Assembly (NCBI GenBank): GCA_003240735.1
Contig: QFNE01000014.1
Location: forward strand, 976-64,975
Direction of reading: 5' to 3'
Length of the DNA: 64,000 nt
Source: Paracoccus denitrificans
GTDB taxonomy: Bacteria > Pseudomonadota > Alphaproteobacteria > Rhodobacterales > Rhodobacteraceae
Part shown: positions 19,551 through 30,353 of the stretch, piece after piece
Numbering within the stretch: position 1 is the first letter of the stretch
Layout: each line of letters begins with the position of its first letter
Translations under genes and position numbers: made by a program
The notes under the pieces: model-generated
Database searches by the model: none
Seen by the model: only the letters and a program-made list of their open reading frames with translations
What the model was told of the DNA's origin: nothing

Positions 19551-20843
19551 ATGGCTAACGTAGTGGTTGTCGGGGCCCAGTGGGGCGACGAGGGCAAAGG
19601 CAAGATCGTCGACTGGCTGAGCGAACGGGCCGATATCATCGCCCGGTTTCAGGGCGGCCATAACGCGGGCCACACGCTCGTCATCGGCAATCAGGTGTTC
19701 AAGCTGTCGCTGCTGCCGTCGGGGATCGTGCGCAAGGGCAAGATGGCCGTGATCGGGAACGGTGTCGTTCTGGACCCGTGGTCGCTATTTGCGGAGATCG
19801 ACAAGCTGGCGGCGCAAGGGGTCGAGATTTCGACGGACAACCTGATGATCGCCGAAAACACGCCGCTGATTTTGCCGCTGCATCAGGATTTGGACCAGCT
19901 GCGCGAGGAAGCCGCTGGCGCGTCCAAGATTGGCACCACGGGTCGCGGTATTGGTCCGGCCTATGAAGACAAGGTCGGGCGCCGCTCGATCCGTCTGGCG
20001 GATCTGGCCGATGATGAAACGCTGGAATCGCGACTGGACCGTCTGCTGGCACACCACGATGCGCTGCGTCAGGGTTTGGGGGCTGAACCCATCGACCGCG
20101 CGGCGCTGACCGCGAAGCTGAAGGAAGTGGCGCCAAAGCTGTTGCCTTATGCCCAACCGGTCTGGAAAATTCTGGGCGACGCCCGCAAGGCGGGCAAGCG
20201 CATCCTGTTCGAAGGCGCGCAAGGATCGCTGCTGGATATCGACTTCGGGACATATCCGTTCGTGACCTCGTCCACGACGATGTCGGGGATGGCGGCGACC
20301 GGCACGGGCGTCGGGCCCTCGACCATCGGGTTCGTACTTGGGATCGTCAAAGCCTATACCACGCGCGTCGGATCGGGGCCGTTCCCGACCGAGCTTGACG
20401 ACGCTGACGGCCAGCGTCTGGGCGAGCGCGGCCACGAATTCGGCACCGTCACCGGCCGCAAGCGCCGTTGTGGCTGGTTCGATGCGGTTCTCGTGCGCCA
20501 GACCTGTGCGATTTCCGGCGTGGACGGTATCGCGCTGACCAAGCTGGACGTGCTGGACGGGTTCGAGACGCTGAAAATCTGCGTCGGCTACGAAATCGAC
20601 GGTCAGCATTATGACTATCTGCCGACCGCTGCGGCGTTGCAGAACCGTGTCACGCCGATCTATGAGGAAACGGACGGCTGGTCGGAATCGACCCAAGGCG
20701 CGCGCAGCTGGGCCGACCTTCCCGCCGCGGCGATCAAGTATGTGCGCCGGATCGAGGAGCTGATCCAGTGCCCCGTCGCCCTGCTGTCGACCAGCCCTGA
20801 ACGCGACGACACCATCCTTGTCACCGACCCCTTTGCCGACTGA
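19551..20843 (+). CDS. purA: adenylosuccinate synthase
   Basis: ORF 19509..20843 trimmed to ATG 19551 ([21 protein letters not shown]). Also [14 protein letters not shown]. Confidence 0.95.
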   Translation: MANVVVVGAQWGDEGKGKIVDWLSERADIIARFQGGHNAGHTLVIGNQVFKLSLLPSGIVRKGKMAVIGNGVVLDPWSLFAEIDKLAAQGVEISTDNLMIAENTPLILPLHQDLDQLREEAAGASKIGTTGRGIGPAYEDKVGRRSIRLADLADDETLESRLDRLLAHHDALRQGLGAEPIDRAALTAKLKEVAPKLLPYAQPVWKILGDARKAGKRILFEGAQGSLLDIDFGTYPFVTSSTTMSGMAATGTGVGPSTIGFVLGIVKAYTTRVGSGPFPTELDDADGQRLGERGHEFGTVTGRKRRCGWFDAVLVRQTCAISGVDGIALTKLDVLDGFETLKICVGYEIDGQHYDYLPTAAALQNRVTPIYEETDGWSESTQGARSWADLPAAAIKYVRRIEELIQCPVALLSTSPERDDTILVTDPFAD

Positions 20844-20846
20844 CGC

Positions 20847-21167
20847 ATGGCGGCTGGCAATAACCCCGGCATGGATCTGGCGGCCCGCAAGCGCTGGTCG
20901 CTGATCCTGCTGGTTCTGTGGTTGCCGCTTTATGTCGTTCTGGTGTGGGTGGCGCTGAACCTTGGCTATGACCACTGGGGCCGCCCCCCGATCTGGGTCG
21001 AGGCACCCATCTACCTCATCCTGGCCTTTGTCTGGGCGCTGCCGTTCAAGCGCGTCTTTCTGGGCGCGGGACGTGGCGCCACGCCGGAAGAAGAGGCCGA
21101 GGCCCGCCACCGCGCCCGGGGGTTGAGCATGGGCGACGGCCCCATCGGACCGAAAGCGCCCCGGTGA
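20847..21167 (+). CDS. DUF2842-like small membrane protein
   Basis: 106 aa with two TM helices (WSLILLVLWLPLYVVLVWV, IYLILAFVWALPF). It sits immediately after purA, as I recall for alphaproteobacteria. Confidence 0.6.
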   Translation: MAAGNNPGMDLAARKRWSLILLVLWLPLYVVLVWVALNLGYDHWGRPPIWVEAPIYLILAFVWALPFKRVFLGAGRGATPEEEAEARHRARGLSMGDGPIGPKAPR

Positions 21168-21826
21168 CGGCGGTCGTGACTTCTGCGCGCGGCGTCACCC
21201 TGATCGGCGGGGGCGCGGTCACCTCAGAAGACCTGACACTTGCGCGGGAACTGGCACCAAGACTCGTCGCGGCTGATGGCGGGGCGGACTCCGCTTTGGC
21301 GTTGGGAAAAACGCCCGACGCCGTGATCGGTGACCTGGATTCGATTTCGGACGATGCGCGCAAGGTGATCCCCGCTGACCGCATCCACCATGTTGCCGAA
21401 CAAGACAGCACTGATTTCGAAAAATGCCTGACCCGGATCGACGCACCGTTCGTGGTGGCTGTCGGGTTTGCGGGTCGCAGGCTGGATCATACATTGGCCG
21501 CGCTGAACGTGCTGGTCCGCACCGTGCATCCGCAGTGCTTTCTGCTGGCCGCAGAGGATGTGGCGTTCGTTCCGCCGGCCCAGCTGTCGCTGGACATGCC
21601 GCCCGGGACCAGACTGTCCCTGTTCCCTATGGGCCGGGTCAACGGCAAAAGCCAAGGCCTGCGCTGGCCGATCAAGGGGCTGGAATTTGCGCCGGCCGGA
21701 CGGATCGGCACTTCGAACGAAACGACCGGGCCGGTTGAGCTGTCGCTGAACGGCCCGGTCATTCTGATGCTACCGCGCGCGTATCTGGGCGCGGCAATGG
21801 AAGGTTGCGGGATCAGCGTCCCCTGA
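21164..21826 (+). CDS. thiamine diphosphokinase
   Basis: LIGGGAV...LVAADGGA...DAVIGDLDS motifs of TPK. GTG start overlaps the previous stop. Confidence 0.7.
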   Translation: MTAVVTSARGVTLIGGGAVTSEDLTLARELAPRLVAADGGADSALALGKTPDAVIGDLDSISDDARKVIPADRIHHVAEQDSTDFEKCLTRIDAPFVVAVGFAGRRLDHTLAALNVLVRTVHPQCFLLAAEDVAFVPPAQLSLDMPPGTRLSLFPMGRVNGKSQGLRWPIKGLEFAPAGRIGTSNETTGPVELSLNGPVILMLPRAYLGAAMEGCGISVP

Positions 21827-22814
21827 TCCGCGGGTCCATCGCATCGCGCAACCCGTCGCCGATGTAGTTCACGGTCAGCACGGTCAGCGAAATCAGGATG
21901 CCGGGCAGGATCACGCGGGTCGGGTACATCTGCATCTGTTCGATTGCATCATACAAAAGACGCCCCCATGTCGGGAAATCGGGGGGAAAGCCCAGCCCAA
22001 GGAAGGACAACGCGGATTCGGTGATGATGGCGCTGGCGATGCCCAATGTGGCCGCAACCATGATCGGCGACAGGACGTTGGGCAGCACGTGGCGGCGGAT
22101 CATCCGTCCGCCGGGGGTGCCGATAGACTTGGCGGCAAGGATGAATTCACGCTCCTTCAATCCCAGCACGTCGCCGCGCACGATGCGGGCGGCCTGCATC
22201 CAGCTGGTGGCGCCGATGGCGGTCACGATCAGCAGGAACGTGCCCATGCCGGGACCCATCGCCTTGGCCAAGGGTTCCCGAAAGAGCGTCACCATAAGCA
22301 GCAGAAGGGGCAGAAGCGGCAGCGCCAGAAACAGCTCGGTCAGCCGCATCAGCGGGCCGTCCAGACGGCGGAAATATCCGGACAGAACACCGATCGTCGT
22401 GCCAAGCGTGACCGCAATGACCATCGCCGTCAGCCCAACGGCCAGCGACACGCGCCCGCCGACTATCAACCGGGCCAGCATATCGCGTCCCAGCTGATCG
22501 GTGCCCAAGGGATGCGCCATGCTGAAGCCCTTGTTGCGCGCTCGGATGTCCACGAACCCCGGGTCGATGGTCCAGACATAGGGGCCGACGGTGACGAACA
22601 GGATGATGAAGACAAACACCACCAGCCCGATCATGGCGCCCCGGTGACGGCGGAACTGTCGCCAGACGTCGCGCCACTGGTTGCGGGTCGCGGGTGCAGG
22701 CTCACCCGCCTCGACCGGGACGTTCGGGGGCAGCATGCCGGCGCCACCGCCTGCGGATTGGGCGATCAGCTCTGCCCGGTTCAGCGCGTCCTGTCGTGGT
22801 GTTGGGTCAGTCAT
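21813..22814 (-). CDS. peptide/nickel-type ABC transporter permease (DppC/OppC-like)
   Basis: 333 aa, 6 TM, BPD-transporter EAA-type loop (AAKSIGTPGGRMIRRHVLPN). Confidence 0.85.
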   Translation of the reverse strand: MTDPTPRQDALNRAELIAQSAGGGAGMLPPNVPVEAGEPAPATRNQWRDVWRQFRRHRGAMIGLVVFVFIILFVTVGPYVWTIDPGFVDIRARNKGFSMAHPLGTDQLGRDMLARLIVGGRVSLAVGLTAMVIAVTLGTTIGVLSGYFRRLDGPLMRLTELFLALPLLPLLLLMVTLFREPLAKAMGPGMGTFLLIVTAIGATSWMQAARIVRGDVLGLKEREFILAAKSIGTPGGRMIRRHVLPNVLSPIMVAATLGIASAIITESALSFLGLGFPPDFPTWGRLLYDAIEQMQMYPTRVILPGILISLTVLTVNYIGDGLRDAMDPRIRGR

Positions 22815-23814
22815 AGCGGATCCGGGGGTCTAGAAAGCCGTAGATGAGGTCTGCGATCAGGGTGAAGACCACGATCAGGATCGCAAAGATGAAGGTCAGC
22901 GTCAGGACCATCGGGATGTCGTTGGCGTGGATTGCCGAAATCAGCAGCTGTCCCAATCCGTTCACCTTGAAGACCTGTTCGGTGATGATCGCGCCGCCGA
23001 AGACGGCGGGCAGGCCCAGCGCGATGACGGTGACCACCGGGATCAGGCTGTTGCGCAGAACGTGTTTCATCACCACGACACGTTCCCGCAGACCCTTGGC
23101 GCGGGCGGTCCGGACATAGTCCTGCTGCAGGTTGTCCAGCATGGATGCCCGCATGAAGCGGCTAATCTGCGCGGCGTTGTAAAGCGCCAGCACTGTCACC
23201 GGCATTACCATCTGGCGCAGCTGTGCCTTGAAACTGGCCCAGTCACGCACGACCAGCGTCGTGTCATAGATCGACGGAAACCACTGCAGGTTCACGGCGA
23301 AGATGATGATGAACACCACCCCGGTGAAGAAGGTGGGCATCGAAAACCCGATCATCGACACGAACGTGCCGATCTGGTCGAACCACGAATACTGCTTGTA
23401 AGCCGAGATGATCCCGATGGGGATCGCGATCAGGACGCCGATCAGATAGCTGAGGCCGACGACCGTCAGGGTTTGCGGCAAACGCTGCGCGATCACGTCA
23501 AAGACCGGGCTACGGGACTGAAAGCTGATGATCCGCTGCGCGCCGCCAGACAGGTTGGTTCCGAACCAGTGGTCGAGCCAGAACAGCGGCTCGACCCAGA
23601 AGAACTGCTTCAGCCACAGGACATAGCGAACGTACCACGCCTCGCCGAGGCCGAGTGCTTCACGCATGCGTTCGCGGACTTCGGGTGGCACGGTCAGGGG
23701 CACATCGCCCAAGGGGTCGCCCGGTGACAGTTCCAGAAGCAGGAAGATCACCAGAGAGATGAACAGCAATGTCGGGATCGCCAGCAACAATCGTCGCAGC
23801 GTATAGGTCAGCAT
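22807..23814 (-). CDS. peptide/nickel-type ABC transporter permease (DppB/OppB-like)
   Basis: MLTYTLRRLLLAIPTLLFISLVIF N-terminus; YVRTARAKGLRERVVVMKHVLRNSLIP loop. Overlaps the downstream permease by 8 nt. Confidence 0.85.
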   Translation of the reverse strand: MLTYTLRRLLLAIPTLLFISLVIFLLLELSPGDPLGDVPLTVPPEVRERMREALGLGEAWYVRYVLWLKQFFWVEPLFWLDHWFGTNLSGGAQRIISFQSRSPVFDVIAQRLPQTLTVVGLSYLIGVLIAIPIGIISAYKQYSWFDQIGTFVSMIGFSMPTFFTGVVFIIIFAVNLQWFPSIYDTTLVVRDWASFKAQLRQMVMPVTVLALYNAAQISRFMRASMLDNLQQDYVRTARAKGLRERVVVMKHVLRNSLIPVVTVIALGLPAVFGGAIITEQVFKVNGLGQLLISAIHANDIPMVLTLTFIFAILIVVFTLIADLIYGFLDPRIRYD

Positions 23815-23878
23815 CCGGTCGTCCCCCAGACTTGACGCGAAGGTGGATCACGGCCGTATCGCTGGCCGCGCCTGAAGC

Positions 23879-23907
23879 CTGTCCGGGCAGTCACGCCGCC
23901 CGGACAG
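23879..23907 (-). promoter_or_regulatory. intercistronic stem-loop after the substrate-binding-protein gene
   Basis: ctgtccgggc(23879-23888)/gcccggacag(23898-23907): perfect 10-bp stem, 9-nt loop, no U-tract. Its position between the SBP and permease genes fits an mRNA-stabilising or partial-termination element. Confidence 0.45.
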
Positions 23908-23921
23908 TCGCCATCAACCGA

Positions 23922-25622
23922 TCACTTTGCGCGCGACCAGTCGGCCACGTTCCACATCTCGGTGTCCCATGGGTTGATCTTGAACCCGGCAAGCGTGTTC
24001 GACGTCGCGGACACGCGACCGCGCCAGATCAGGGGCAGGTGGGTCATCGTATCTTCGGTCAGGATCTTGTTCATCTGCTTGGCCAGTTCGGCGCGCTTCT
24101 CCGGATCACCGGTTTCGCCCAGCTGAACATTCAGCTTGTCGTAGTCCTCGTTGCAGAAACGGGCGGTGTTTTCACCCTGCCACTGGTTGTCCGGGCCGGG
24201 GATCTTGGAACAGATCCGCTCACCCAGATAGCTGGCCGGGTCTGTGCCGTCATAGACGTCGGTGAACATTTCCACGTCGGCGTAGAACTTGTTCATCGTA
24301 TCGGGCGAGCCGGGGTCGGTCCCGAAGAACACGGACGCGTCGATCGAGCGCAGCTCGGTCTGCACGCCGATTTCAGACCACCACTGCTTGATCAGCGATT
24401 GGAAGTCCTGACGAACCGGGTTGACCGAGGTCTGGAAGGTCAGCGACAGCTTGCGGCCATCCTTTTCGCGCACGCCGTCACCGCCTTGGGTCCAGCCGGC
24501 TTCGTCCAGCAGGGCCTTGGCTCCTTCGATGTCCTGCGTCAGACAGGCTTGCGATCCGGACGCATATTGTTCGGGCGCGTTCACCATGTCGCAGGTGGCG
24601 CGTCCGGTTTCGCCGTAACCGATTTCGTTCAGCAGGTTGCGGTCGATCGCCATCGACAGCGCCCGGCGCACCTTTTCGTCCGACAGGATCGGGTTCGGAT
24701 GTTTGACGGTCGAGCGTTCGCCGTCCGGCAGGCTGGGCGAGGCATCGGTCGCGTTAAAGATGATGTGTTCCAGCTGTGTGCCAAAGCCAGCGGGAAAGGT
24801 GCCCTTACCTGCGGCAAGCATCTGGGCCATCACTTCGGGCGACAGCTGCATGTTCCAGGCGTAGTCGTACTCGCCGGTTTCCAGAACGGCGCGCGCCGCG
24901 GCCGCGGAATCGCCGCCACCCTTCAGGTTCACGCGGCTGAAGGCGGGCTTGTCCGCCTCGCGGTACTCCGAGTTCGCCTCGAACGTGGCGACGTCGTTGG
25001 TCCGGAACTCGACCACCTTGAAGGGACCCGTGCCGATCGGCTTGAAGTTCTGTTCGGTGCAGGTCGGGGCCTTGTCACCGATGCAGGCTTCGAACTGAGC
25101 CTTCTGGATCACCGGCGCGAGGCTGCCCACGAACGCTGAATAAGGGTAGGGGCGCGGTTCGTCATAGGTGATCTTGACGGTCAGCGGATCGACCACCTCG
25201 ACCGATTTGATCCCTTCGAACTTGGCTGCCTGCGCGCAACCGCCGGTCTCGCTCATGCAGTAGTCGGCGGTGAACTTGACGTCGTCGGCGGTCAGGGGCG
25301 TGCCGTCCGACCATTTGACGCCGTCTTTCAGTTTCCACGTGATCGACGTGAAGTCAGCCGAGACGCCGCCATTTTCGACCGTGGGGATTTCCGCGGCCAG
25401 TCGGGGGAAGATCTCGCCCGTCTCGTTGAAGCCGGCCAACGGTTCCAGCACCAGCGACGACGCGGTCATGTCCTTGGTGCCTGCCGAGAGATAGACGTTC
25501 ATCGTGCTGGGTGCCTGCCAGTACAGCATGTTCAGCTGCCCATCGGCCCCGCGTTCGGCCAGCGCGGTGCCCGCAGTCGCAGCCAATGCGACACCGCTTA
25601 GAAGGATGGCGTTCAATTTCAT
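23922..25622 (-). CDS. ABC transporter substrate-binding protein, family 5 (peptide/opine type)
   Basis: 566 aa, signal peptide MKLNAILLSGVALAATAGTALA. Size and composition are typical of DppA/OppA-class SBPs. Confidence 0.85.
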   Translation of the reverse strand: MKLNAILLSGVALAATAGTALAERGADGQLNMLYWQAPSTMNVYLSAGTKDMTASSLVLEPLAGFNETGEIFPRLAAEIPTVENGGVSADFTSITWKLKDGVKWSDGTPLTADDVKFTADYCMSETGGCAQAAKFEGIKSVEVVDPLTVKITYDEPRPYPYSAFVGSLAPVIQKAQFEACIGDKAPTCTEQNFKPIGTGPFKVVEFRTNDVATFEANSEYREADKPAFSRVNLKGGGDSAAAARAVLETGEYDYAWNMQLSPEVMAQMLAAGKGTFPAGFGTQLEHIIFNATDASPSLPDGERSTVKHPNPILSDEKVRRALSMAIDRNLLNEIGYGETGRATCDMVNAPEQYASGSQACLTQDIEGAKALLDEAGWTQGGDGVREKDGRKLSLTFQTSVNPVRQDFQSLIKQWWSEIGVQTELRSIDASVFFGTDPGSPDTMNKFYADVEMFTDVYDGTDPASYLGERICSKIPGPDNQWQGENTARFCNEDYDKLNVQLGETGDPEKRAELAKQMNKILTEDTMTHLPLIWRGRVSATSNTLAGFKINPWDTEMWNVADWSRAK

Positions 25623-25918
25623 CGTCTTGCTCCCTGATCTTGTTATATTGTTGTGCCGCCGCGCCGAGGGGGTGTCGGTCCCGTGGCGGCATCATCGAAT
25701 CAATCATAATCTGAAATTATCTTGCGATGCATCCTTCTTAGGCAAAACCGCTGGGGCGACAGATTGGCACGTCCGGATGTGAACTGCCTGTCCGGGCGGC
25801 ACACTGGTCGATAAATCAGCGCGCCGGCGGGCAACGCGAGAGGGCGCGGAATTAAGGTTGCAATGACGGGTCCGGTTGTTAGCGTCAGTCATGGGTGACC
25901 GCCAAGATGAGGGCCGAT

Positions 25919-27751
25919 ATGCTTGACCAACAGCCGCTGGTGTCGATCAAGGGGCTGCGTGTCACGTTCGAGACCCAGGACGGCCCGGTCACCGGGGTCA
26001 AGGATATCAGCTTTGACATCGCGCCCGGCGAATGCGTCTGCGTCGTCGGTGAATCCGGGTCGGGTAAGTCGGTCAGCGCACTGTCGCTGATGCGCCTTGT
26101 CGAGTTCGGCGGGGGCGAGATCGCCGACGGCGCGCTGATGTTTGACCGTGGGGCAGGCGCGCCTGTCGATCTGGCGCGTCAGTCGGGTCGCGTCATGCGC
26201 GACATTCGCGGCAACCAGATCGGGATGATCTTTCAGGAACCGATGACGGCGCTGAACCCGGTATTTACCGTCGGCGATCAGTTGTCGGAATCCCTGATTG
26301 TCCACCGCGGCATGTCCAAGGCTCAGGCCCGCGCCCGCGCGTTGGAACTGATGCGCGACGTGCGCATCCCTGAACCCGAACGCCGGCTGGACCAGTATCC
26401 GCACGAGCTGTCGGGCGGCATGCGGCAGCGGGTCGTCATCGCCATGGCCATGGCGTGCGAGCCGCGGCTGCTGATCTGTGACGAACCGACGACCGCGCTG
26501 GATGTCACGATTCAGGCGGAGATCCTGTCGCTCATCAACCGGCTCAAGCGGGAAAAGGGCATGGCCGTTCTGTTCATCACGCACGACATGGCGGTCGTGG
26601 CGCAGATGGCAGACCGCGTCGTGGTGATGTTCAGGGGCGACAAGGTCGAGGAAGGCCCGGTCGAGCAGATATTCGACGCCCCGCGCGAAGATTACACCCG
26701 CACCCTGCTGGCAGCAGTGCCCCGGTTGGGAGAGATGACCGGCAAGTCGGCGCCCGAACCGATGCGCTTGATGGGGCAGGCGGCACCGACAACCGGTCCT
26801 GTCGTGGCCGCCGATCCGAAACCCCTGCTGACGGTCGAAAACTTGACGACGCGCTTTGACGTCAAGGGCGGCCTGTTGCGCCGGACCGTGGCGCAGGTCC
26901 ACGCCGTGCAGGACGTGTCCTTCGTCCTGAACGCGGGCGAAACGCTGTCGCTGGTGGGTGAATCGGGCTGCGGAAAATCGACGACCGGGCGTTCGATTCT
27001 GCGACTGGTTGAACCCGCGTCCGGGACCGTCAATTTGGGTGGCGTCGATATCCGCGCCCTGTCTGCCGAAGGTCTGCGGCGGGCGCGGCAGGACATGCAG
27101 ATGATCTTTCAGGATCCCTTTGCCAGCCTTGATCCGCACATGAAGCTGTTCGATCAGGTCGAAGAGCCGATGCTGAATTATGGCATCGGCAACGCGTCCG
27201 AACGCGCCGACCGTATCGCCAAGTTGTTCGACAGGGTCGAGCTGCCTCGCAGCTTCATGCGCCGCTACCCACACGAGATGTCGGGTGGGCAGCGTCAGCG
27301 CATTGCGATTGCCCGTGCGCTGGCCCTGAACCCCGACCTGATCGTCGCCGATGAGGCTGTCTCGGCGCTGGACGTGTCAGTTCAAGCGCAGGTGCTGAAC
27401 CTGCTTTTGGAACTGCAGGCCGATCTTGGCATCGCGATGCTGTTTATTTCTCACGACATGGCCGTGGTCGAACGCGTCAGCCACAACGTGGCGGTGATGT
27501 ATCTGGGCCGCATCGTGGAAATCGGCAGCCGTGCGCAGGTCTTCGAAAACCCACAGCACAGCTATACCCGCCAGCTGATGGCAGCCGTGCCCGTCGCCGA
27601 CCCCAAACAGCGCCGCCTGTCCGAAGATTTCAAGTTCAAGCCGATTCCGTCGCCCATCCACCCTCTGGGCTACCAGCCGCCCCCGTCGCGTTATCAAGAG
27701 GTTGCGCCCGGCCACCGGGTGCTTATTGATCCCTCGACCCACGGCGTCTGA
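25919..27751 (+). CDS. fused double ATP-binding protein of the peptide-type ABC transporter (DppD/DppF fusion)
   Basis: Two cassettes: Walker A GESGSGKS and GESGCGKS, signatures LSGGMRQR and MSGGQRQR, Walker B LLICDEPT and LIVADEA. ATG 25919 chosen because of the gaggg SD 5 nt upstream. GTG 25895 and ATG 25907 are alternatives. Confidence 0.85.
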   Translation: MLDQQPLVSIKGLRVTFETQDGPVTGVKDISFDIAPGECVCVVGESGSGKSVSALSLMRLVEFGGGEIADGALMFDRGAGAPVDLARQSGRVMRDIRGNQIGMIFQEPMTALNPVFTVGDQLSESLIVHRGMSKAQARARALELMRDVRIPEPERRLDQYPHELSGGMRQRVVIAMAMACEPRLLICDEPTTALDVTIQAEILSLINRLKREKGMAVLFITHDMAVVAQMADRVVVMFRGDKVEEGPVEQIFDAPREDYTRTLLAAVPRLGEMTGKSAPEPMRLMGQAAPTTGPVVAADPKPLLTVENLTTRFDVKGGLLRRTVAQVHAVQDVSFVLNAGETLSLVGESGCGKSTTGRSILRLVEPASGTVNLGGVDIRALSAEGLRRARQDMQMIFQDPFASLDPHMKLFDQVEEPMLNYGIGNASERADRIAKLFDRVELPRSFMRRYPHEMSGGQRQRIAIARALALNPDLIVADEAVSALDVSVQAQVLNLLLELQADLGIAMLFISHDMAVVERVSHNVAVMYLGRIVEIGSRAQVFENPQHSYTRQLMAAVPVADPKQRRLSEDFKFKPIPSPIHPLGYQPPPSRYQEVAPGHRVLIDPSTHGV

Positions 27752-27764
27752 GACGGGACAAGAC

Positions 27765-29108
27765 ATGCAGATCGGCGGCTTCATTAGCGCAAACGACCCG
27801 GTTAGATTCACGGCACCGCTGCCCGACGCCGCTGACGTGGTCATCATCGGGGGTGGCGTCGTTGGCGTCGCCACGGCGCTTTACCTCACCCGCGCGGGGC
27901 AATCGGTCGTGCTGTGCGAAAAAGGGCGGATCGCGTGCGAGCAGTCGTCGCGGAACTGGGGCTGGGTGCGCCAGCAGGGGCGCGACCTGGCCGAATTGCC
28001 GATCATGATCGAATCGATGCGACTGTGGGAAGGGTTGCAGCAGGAACTGGGGGATAGGGTCGGTCTGCGCCGCACGGGCGTCACCTATCTTGCGGAATCC
28101 GAGGACCAGTTGGCCCGATATGCCGCGTGGATGGACAGTGTGAAGGACTTTGGTCTGGACACGCGAATGGTGACGCGGGCGGAATTGGCCGTGTCGCTGC
28201 CCAGCGCGGCGGAGTGGGTCGGCGGCCTGACGACCCCGTCGGATGCCCGGGCCGAGCCGTGGACCGCTGTGCCGGCCATGGCAGAACTGGCTGCACGCGA
28301 GGGCGCCACCATCATCGAAGATTGCGCCGTGCGCACGATCGACACGACAAACGGGCAGGTGGCCGGCGTCGTCACGGAAAAAGGTCCAATCGGCGCTGAT
28401 CGTGTGCTGGTCGCAGGTGGGGCATGGTCGTCCCTGTTTCTGCGCAACGCAGGCGTCAGCATTCCGCAGCTGTCGGTGCGTGCAACCGCCGCCGCGACTG
28501 CGGAACTGCCTGATTTCTGGAAAGGCGCTGCGGTCGATAGCCGGTTCGCGTTCCGCCGCAGGCTGGACGGAGGCTACACGCTGGCGCCCGGGACGGGGCA
28601 CGATTTCTGGATCGGCCCGGATGCCGTCCGTGCATTCCGCAAATATCTGCCGCAGCTTTGCCGCGATTTTCGCAGCACGAACATGTCGATTGACGCGCCC
28701 ACGGGCTATCCCGACGCGTGGCGCACGCCGCGCCGCTGGCGGGGCGATCAGCAATCCCCGTTTGAGCGGATGCGCGTTCTGGACCCGCCGCCGAACATGG
28801 CTTTTGTCGAACGGTTCCACGAAAGCTTTGGCAAGGTGTTTCCCGATGTCGGGCCCCCGCCGATCAAACGGTCATGGGCCGGCATGATCGACACCATGCC
28901 CGATCAAGTTCCGATCCTGGACGAAAGCCCGGTCAAGGGCATGTTCATCGCGACCGGCTTGGCGGGCCACGGCTTTGGCATCGGCCCCGGCGTGGGCCGT
29001 GTCATGGCCGATCTGCTGCGCGGTCTGACCGCCGGGTACGACCTGACGCGATTCCGCTTTTCCCGCTTCAGCGACGGATCACGGATCGAGATGGGTCCGT
29101 CGCTTTAG
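27765..29108 (+). CDS. FAD-dependent oxidoreductase (DAO family)
   Basis: ORF 27702.. trimmed to ATG 27765. Dinucleotide fold DVVIIGGGVVGVATALYL. 447 aa. Substrate unknown. Confidence 0.75.
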   Translation: MQIGGFISANDPVRFTAPLPDAADVVIIGGGVVGVATALYLTRAGQSVVLCEKGRIACEQSSRNWGWVRQQGRDLAELPIMIESMRLWEGLQQELGDRVGLRRTGVTYLAESEDQLARYAAWMDSVKDFGLDTRMVTRAELAVSLPSAAEWVGGLTTPSDARAEPWTAVPAMAELAAREGATIIEDCAVRTIDTTNGQVAGVVTEKGPIGADRVLVAGGAWSSLFLRNAGVSIPQLSVRATAAATAELPDFWKGAAVDSRFAFRRRLDGGYTLAPGTGHDFWIGPDAVRAFRKYLPQLCRDFRSTNMSIDAPTGYPDAWRTPRRWRGDQQSPFERMRVLDPPPNMAFVERFHESFGKVFPDVGPPPIKRSWAGMIDTMPDQVPILDESPVKGMFIATGLAGHGFGIGPGVGRVMADLLRGLTAGYDLTRFRFSRFSDGSRIEMGPSL

Positions 29109-29186
29109 GCGACCCGCCCGGGTGGCCGGCCGACGCTTGCGGTGCCGCGGCAAACGGCTAACCTGATTTGTTGAAGGAGTCCCCTG

Positions 29187-30353
29187 ATGCCCGTGAAGAA
29201 CCGCTTTGCCGAACTGCACCCCGAAATCACCGAATGGCGACGTGATTTCCACCAGAACCCCGAACTGCTCTACGAGGTTCACCGCACCGCGGCGCGCGTG
29301 GCCGAACTGCTGCGCAGCTTTGGCGTCGATGAGGTCGTGGAAGGCATCGGACGCACGGGCGTCGTCGGGGTGATCAAGGGCAAATCCGACACGCAGGGCC
29401 GCGTGATCGGCTTGCGCGCTGACATGGATGCGCTGCCCATTCATGAGGCGACGGGCGTTGATTATGCGTCCCAGACCCCCGGCGTGATGCACGCCTGCGG
29501 CCATGACGGCCACACGGCAATGCTGCTCGGGGCGGCGAAGTATCTGGCCGAGATGCGCAACTTCGACGGCACCGCGATCGTGATCTTCCAGCCGGCGGAA
29601 GAGGGCGGCGGTGGCGGTCTTGCGATGCTCGAGGATGGCATGGCCGAGCGGTTCGGCATTCAGGAATTCTACGGCATGCACAACATGCCGGGCCTGGCCC
29701 CGGGGGAGCTGGCGATCCGCGACGGCGCGATGATGGCGGCGGCCGATCAGTTCGATATCATCGTGACTGGGCGCGGCGGCCACGCCGCATCGCCGCACCA
29801 GAACATCGACACCACGCTGGTGTCGGCACAGATCATCGTTGCGTTGCAGTCGGTCGTGTCGCGCAACGTCGACCCGCTGCAGAACGCTGTCGTGTCCGTG
29901 TGCGTCGTGGAAACGGATTCCACTGCCCATAACGTCATTCCGCAGACCGTCCGGTTGAAAGGTACGGCGCGCACGCTGGACCCAGCGGTTCGTGATCTTG
30001 TGGAAGACGCGATCAACCGTGTCGCGACCAACACGGCGCAGGCCTTCGGCGCCTCGGCAGATGTCCAGTACCATCGCGGCTATCCCGTCACCGTCAATGA
30101 CAGCACCGCAGTCGGCTTTGCCGCCGACGTCGCAAAGTCTGTCACCGGCGAGATCAACACCAGCATCGAGCCGCTGATGGCCGGTGAGGATTTCAGTTAC
30201 ATGCTGAATGTGCGACCGGGCGCCTATATCTTCATCGGGAACGGCAAGACCGCGGCTTTGCACAGCCCCAACTATGTCTTTGACGACAGCATCATCCCTG
30301 TCGGGTCCAGCTGGTATGCCGGCATGGTCGAAAGCCGGATGCCGGCTGCCTAA
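29187..30353 (+). CDS. M20-family amidohydrolase (hippurate hydrolase / N-acyl-amino-acid amidohydrolase-like)
   Basis: WRRDFHQNPEL, MHACGHDGH, and the FQPAEEGGGG metal-site region. 388 aa. Confidence 0.8.
   Translation: MPVKNRFAELHPEITEWRRDFHQNPELLYEVHRTAARVAELLRSFGVDEVVEGIGRTGVVGVIKGKSDTQGRVIGLRADMDALPIHEATGVDYASQTPGVMHACGHDGHTAMLLGAAKYLAEMRNFDGTAIVIFQPAEEGGGGGLAMLEDGMAERFGIQEFYGMHNMPGLAPGELAIRDGAMMAAADQFDIIVTGRGGHAASPHQNIDTTLVSAQIIVALQSVVSRNVDPLQNAVVSVCVVETDSTAHNVIPQTVRLKGTARTLDPAVRDLVEDAINRVATNTAQAFGASADVQYHRGYPVTVNDSTAVGFAADVAKSVTGEINTSIEPLMAGEDFSYMLNVRPGAYIFIGNGKTAALHSPNYVFDDSIIPVGSSWYAGMVESRMPAA

Noticed and set aside
25704-25892. 62-aa minus-strand ORF in the divergent promoter region of the peptide ABC locus
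   Set aside because: No SD and an unremarkable composition. It occupies the region expected to hold the two divergent promoters, and it would overlap the ATPase gene's alternative starts.
25889-27274. 461-aa minus-strand ORF opposite the fused ABC ATPase gene
   Set aside because: Shadow ORF. The plus-strand frame carries two complete Walker A/signature/Walker B sets, whereas the antisense product is R/H/D/Q/G-rich with no motifs.
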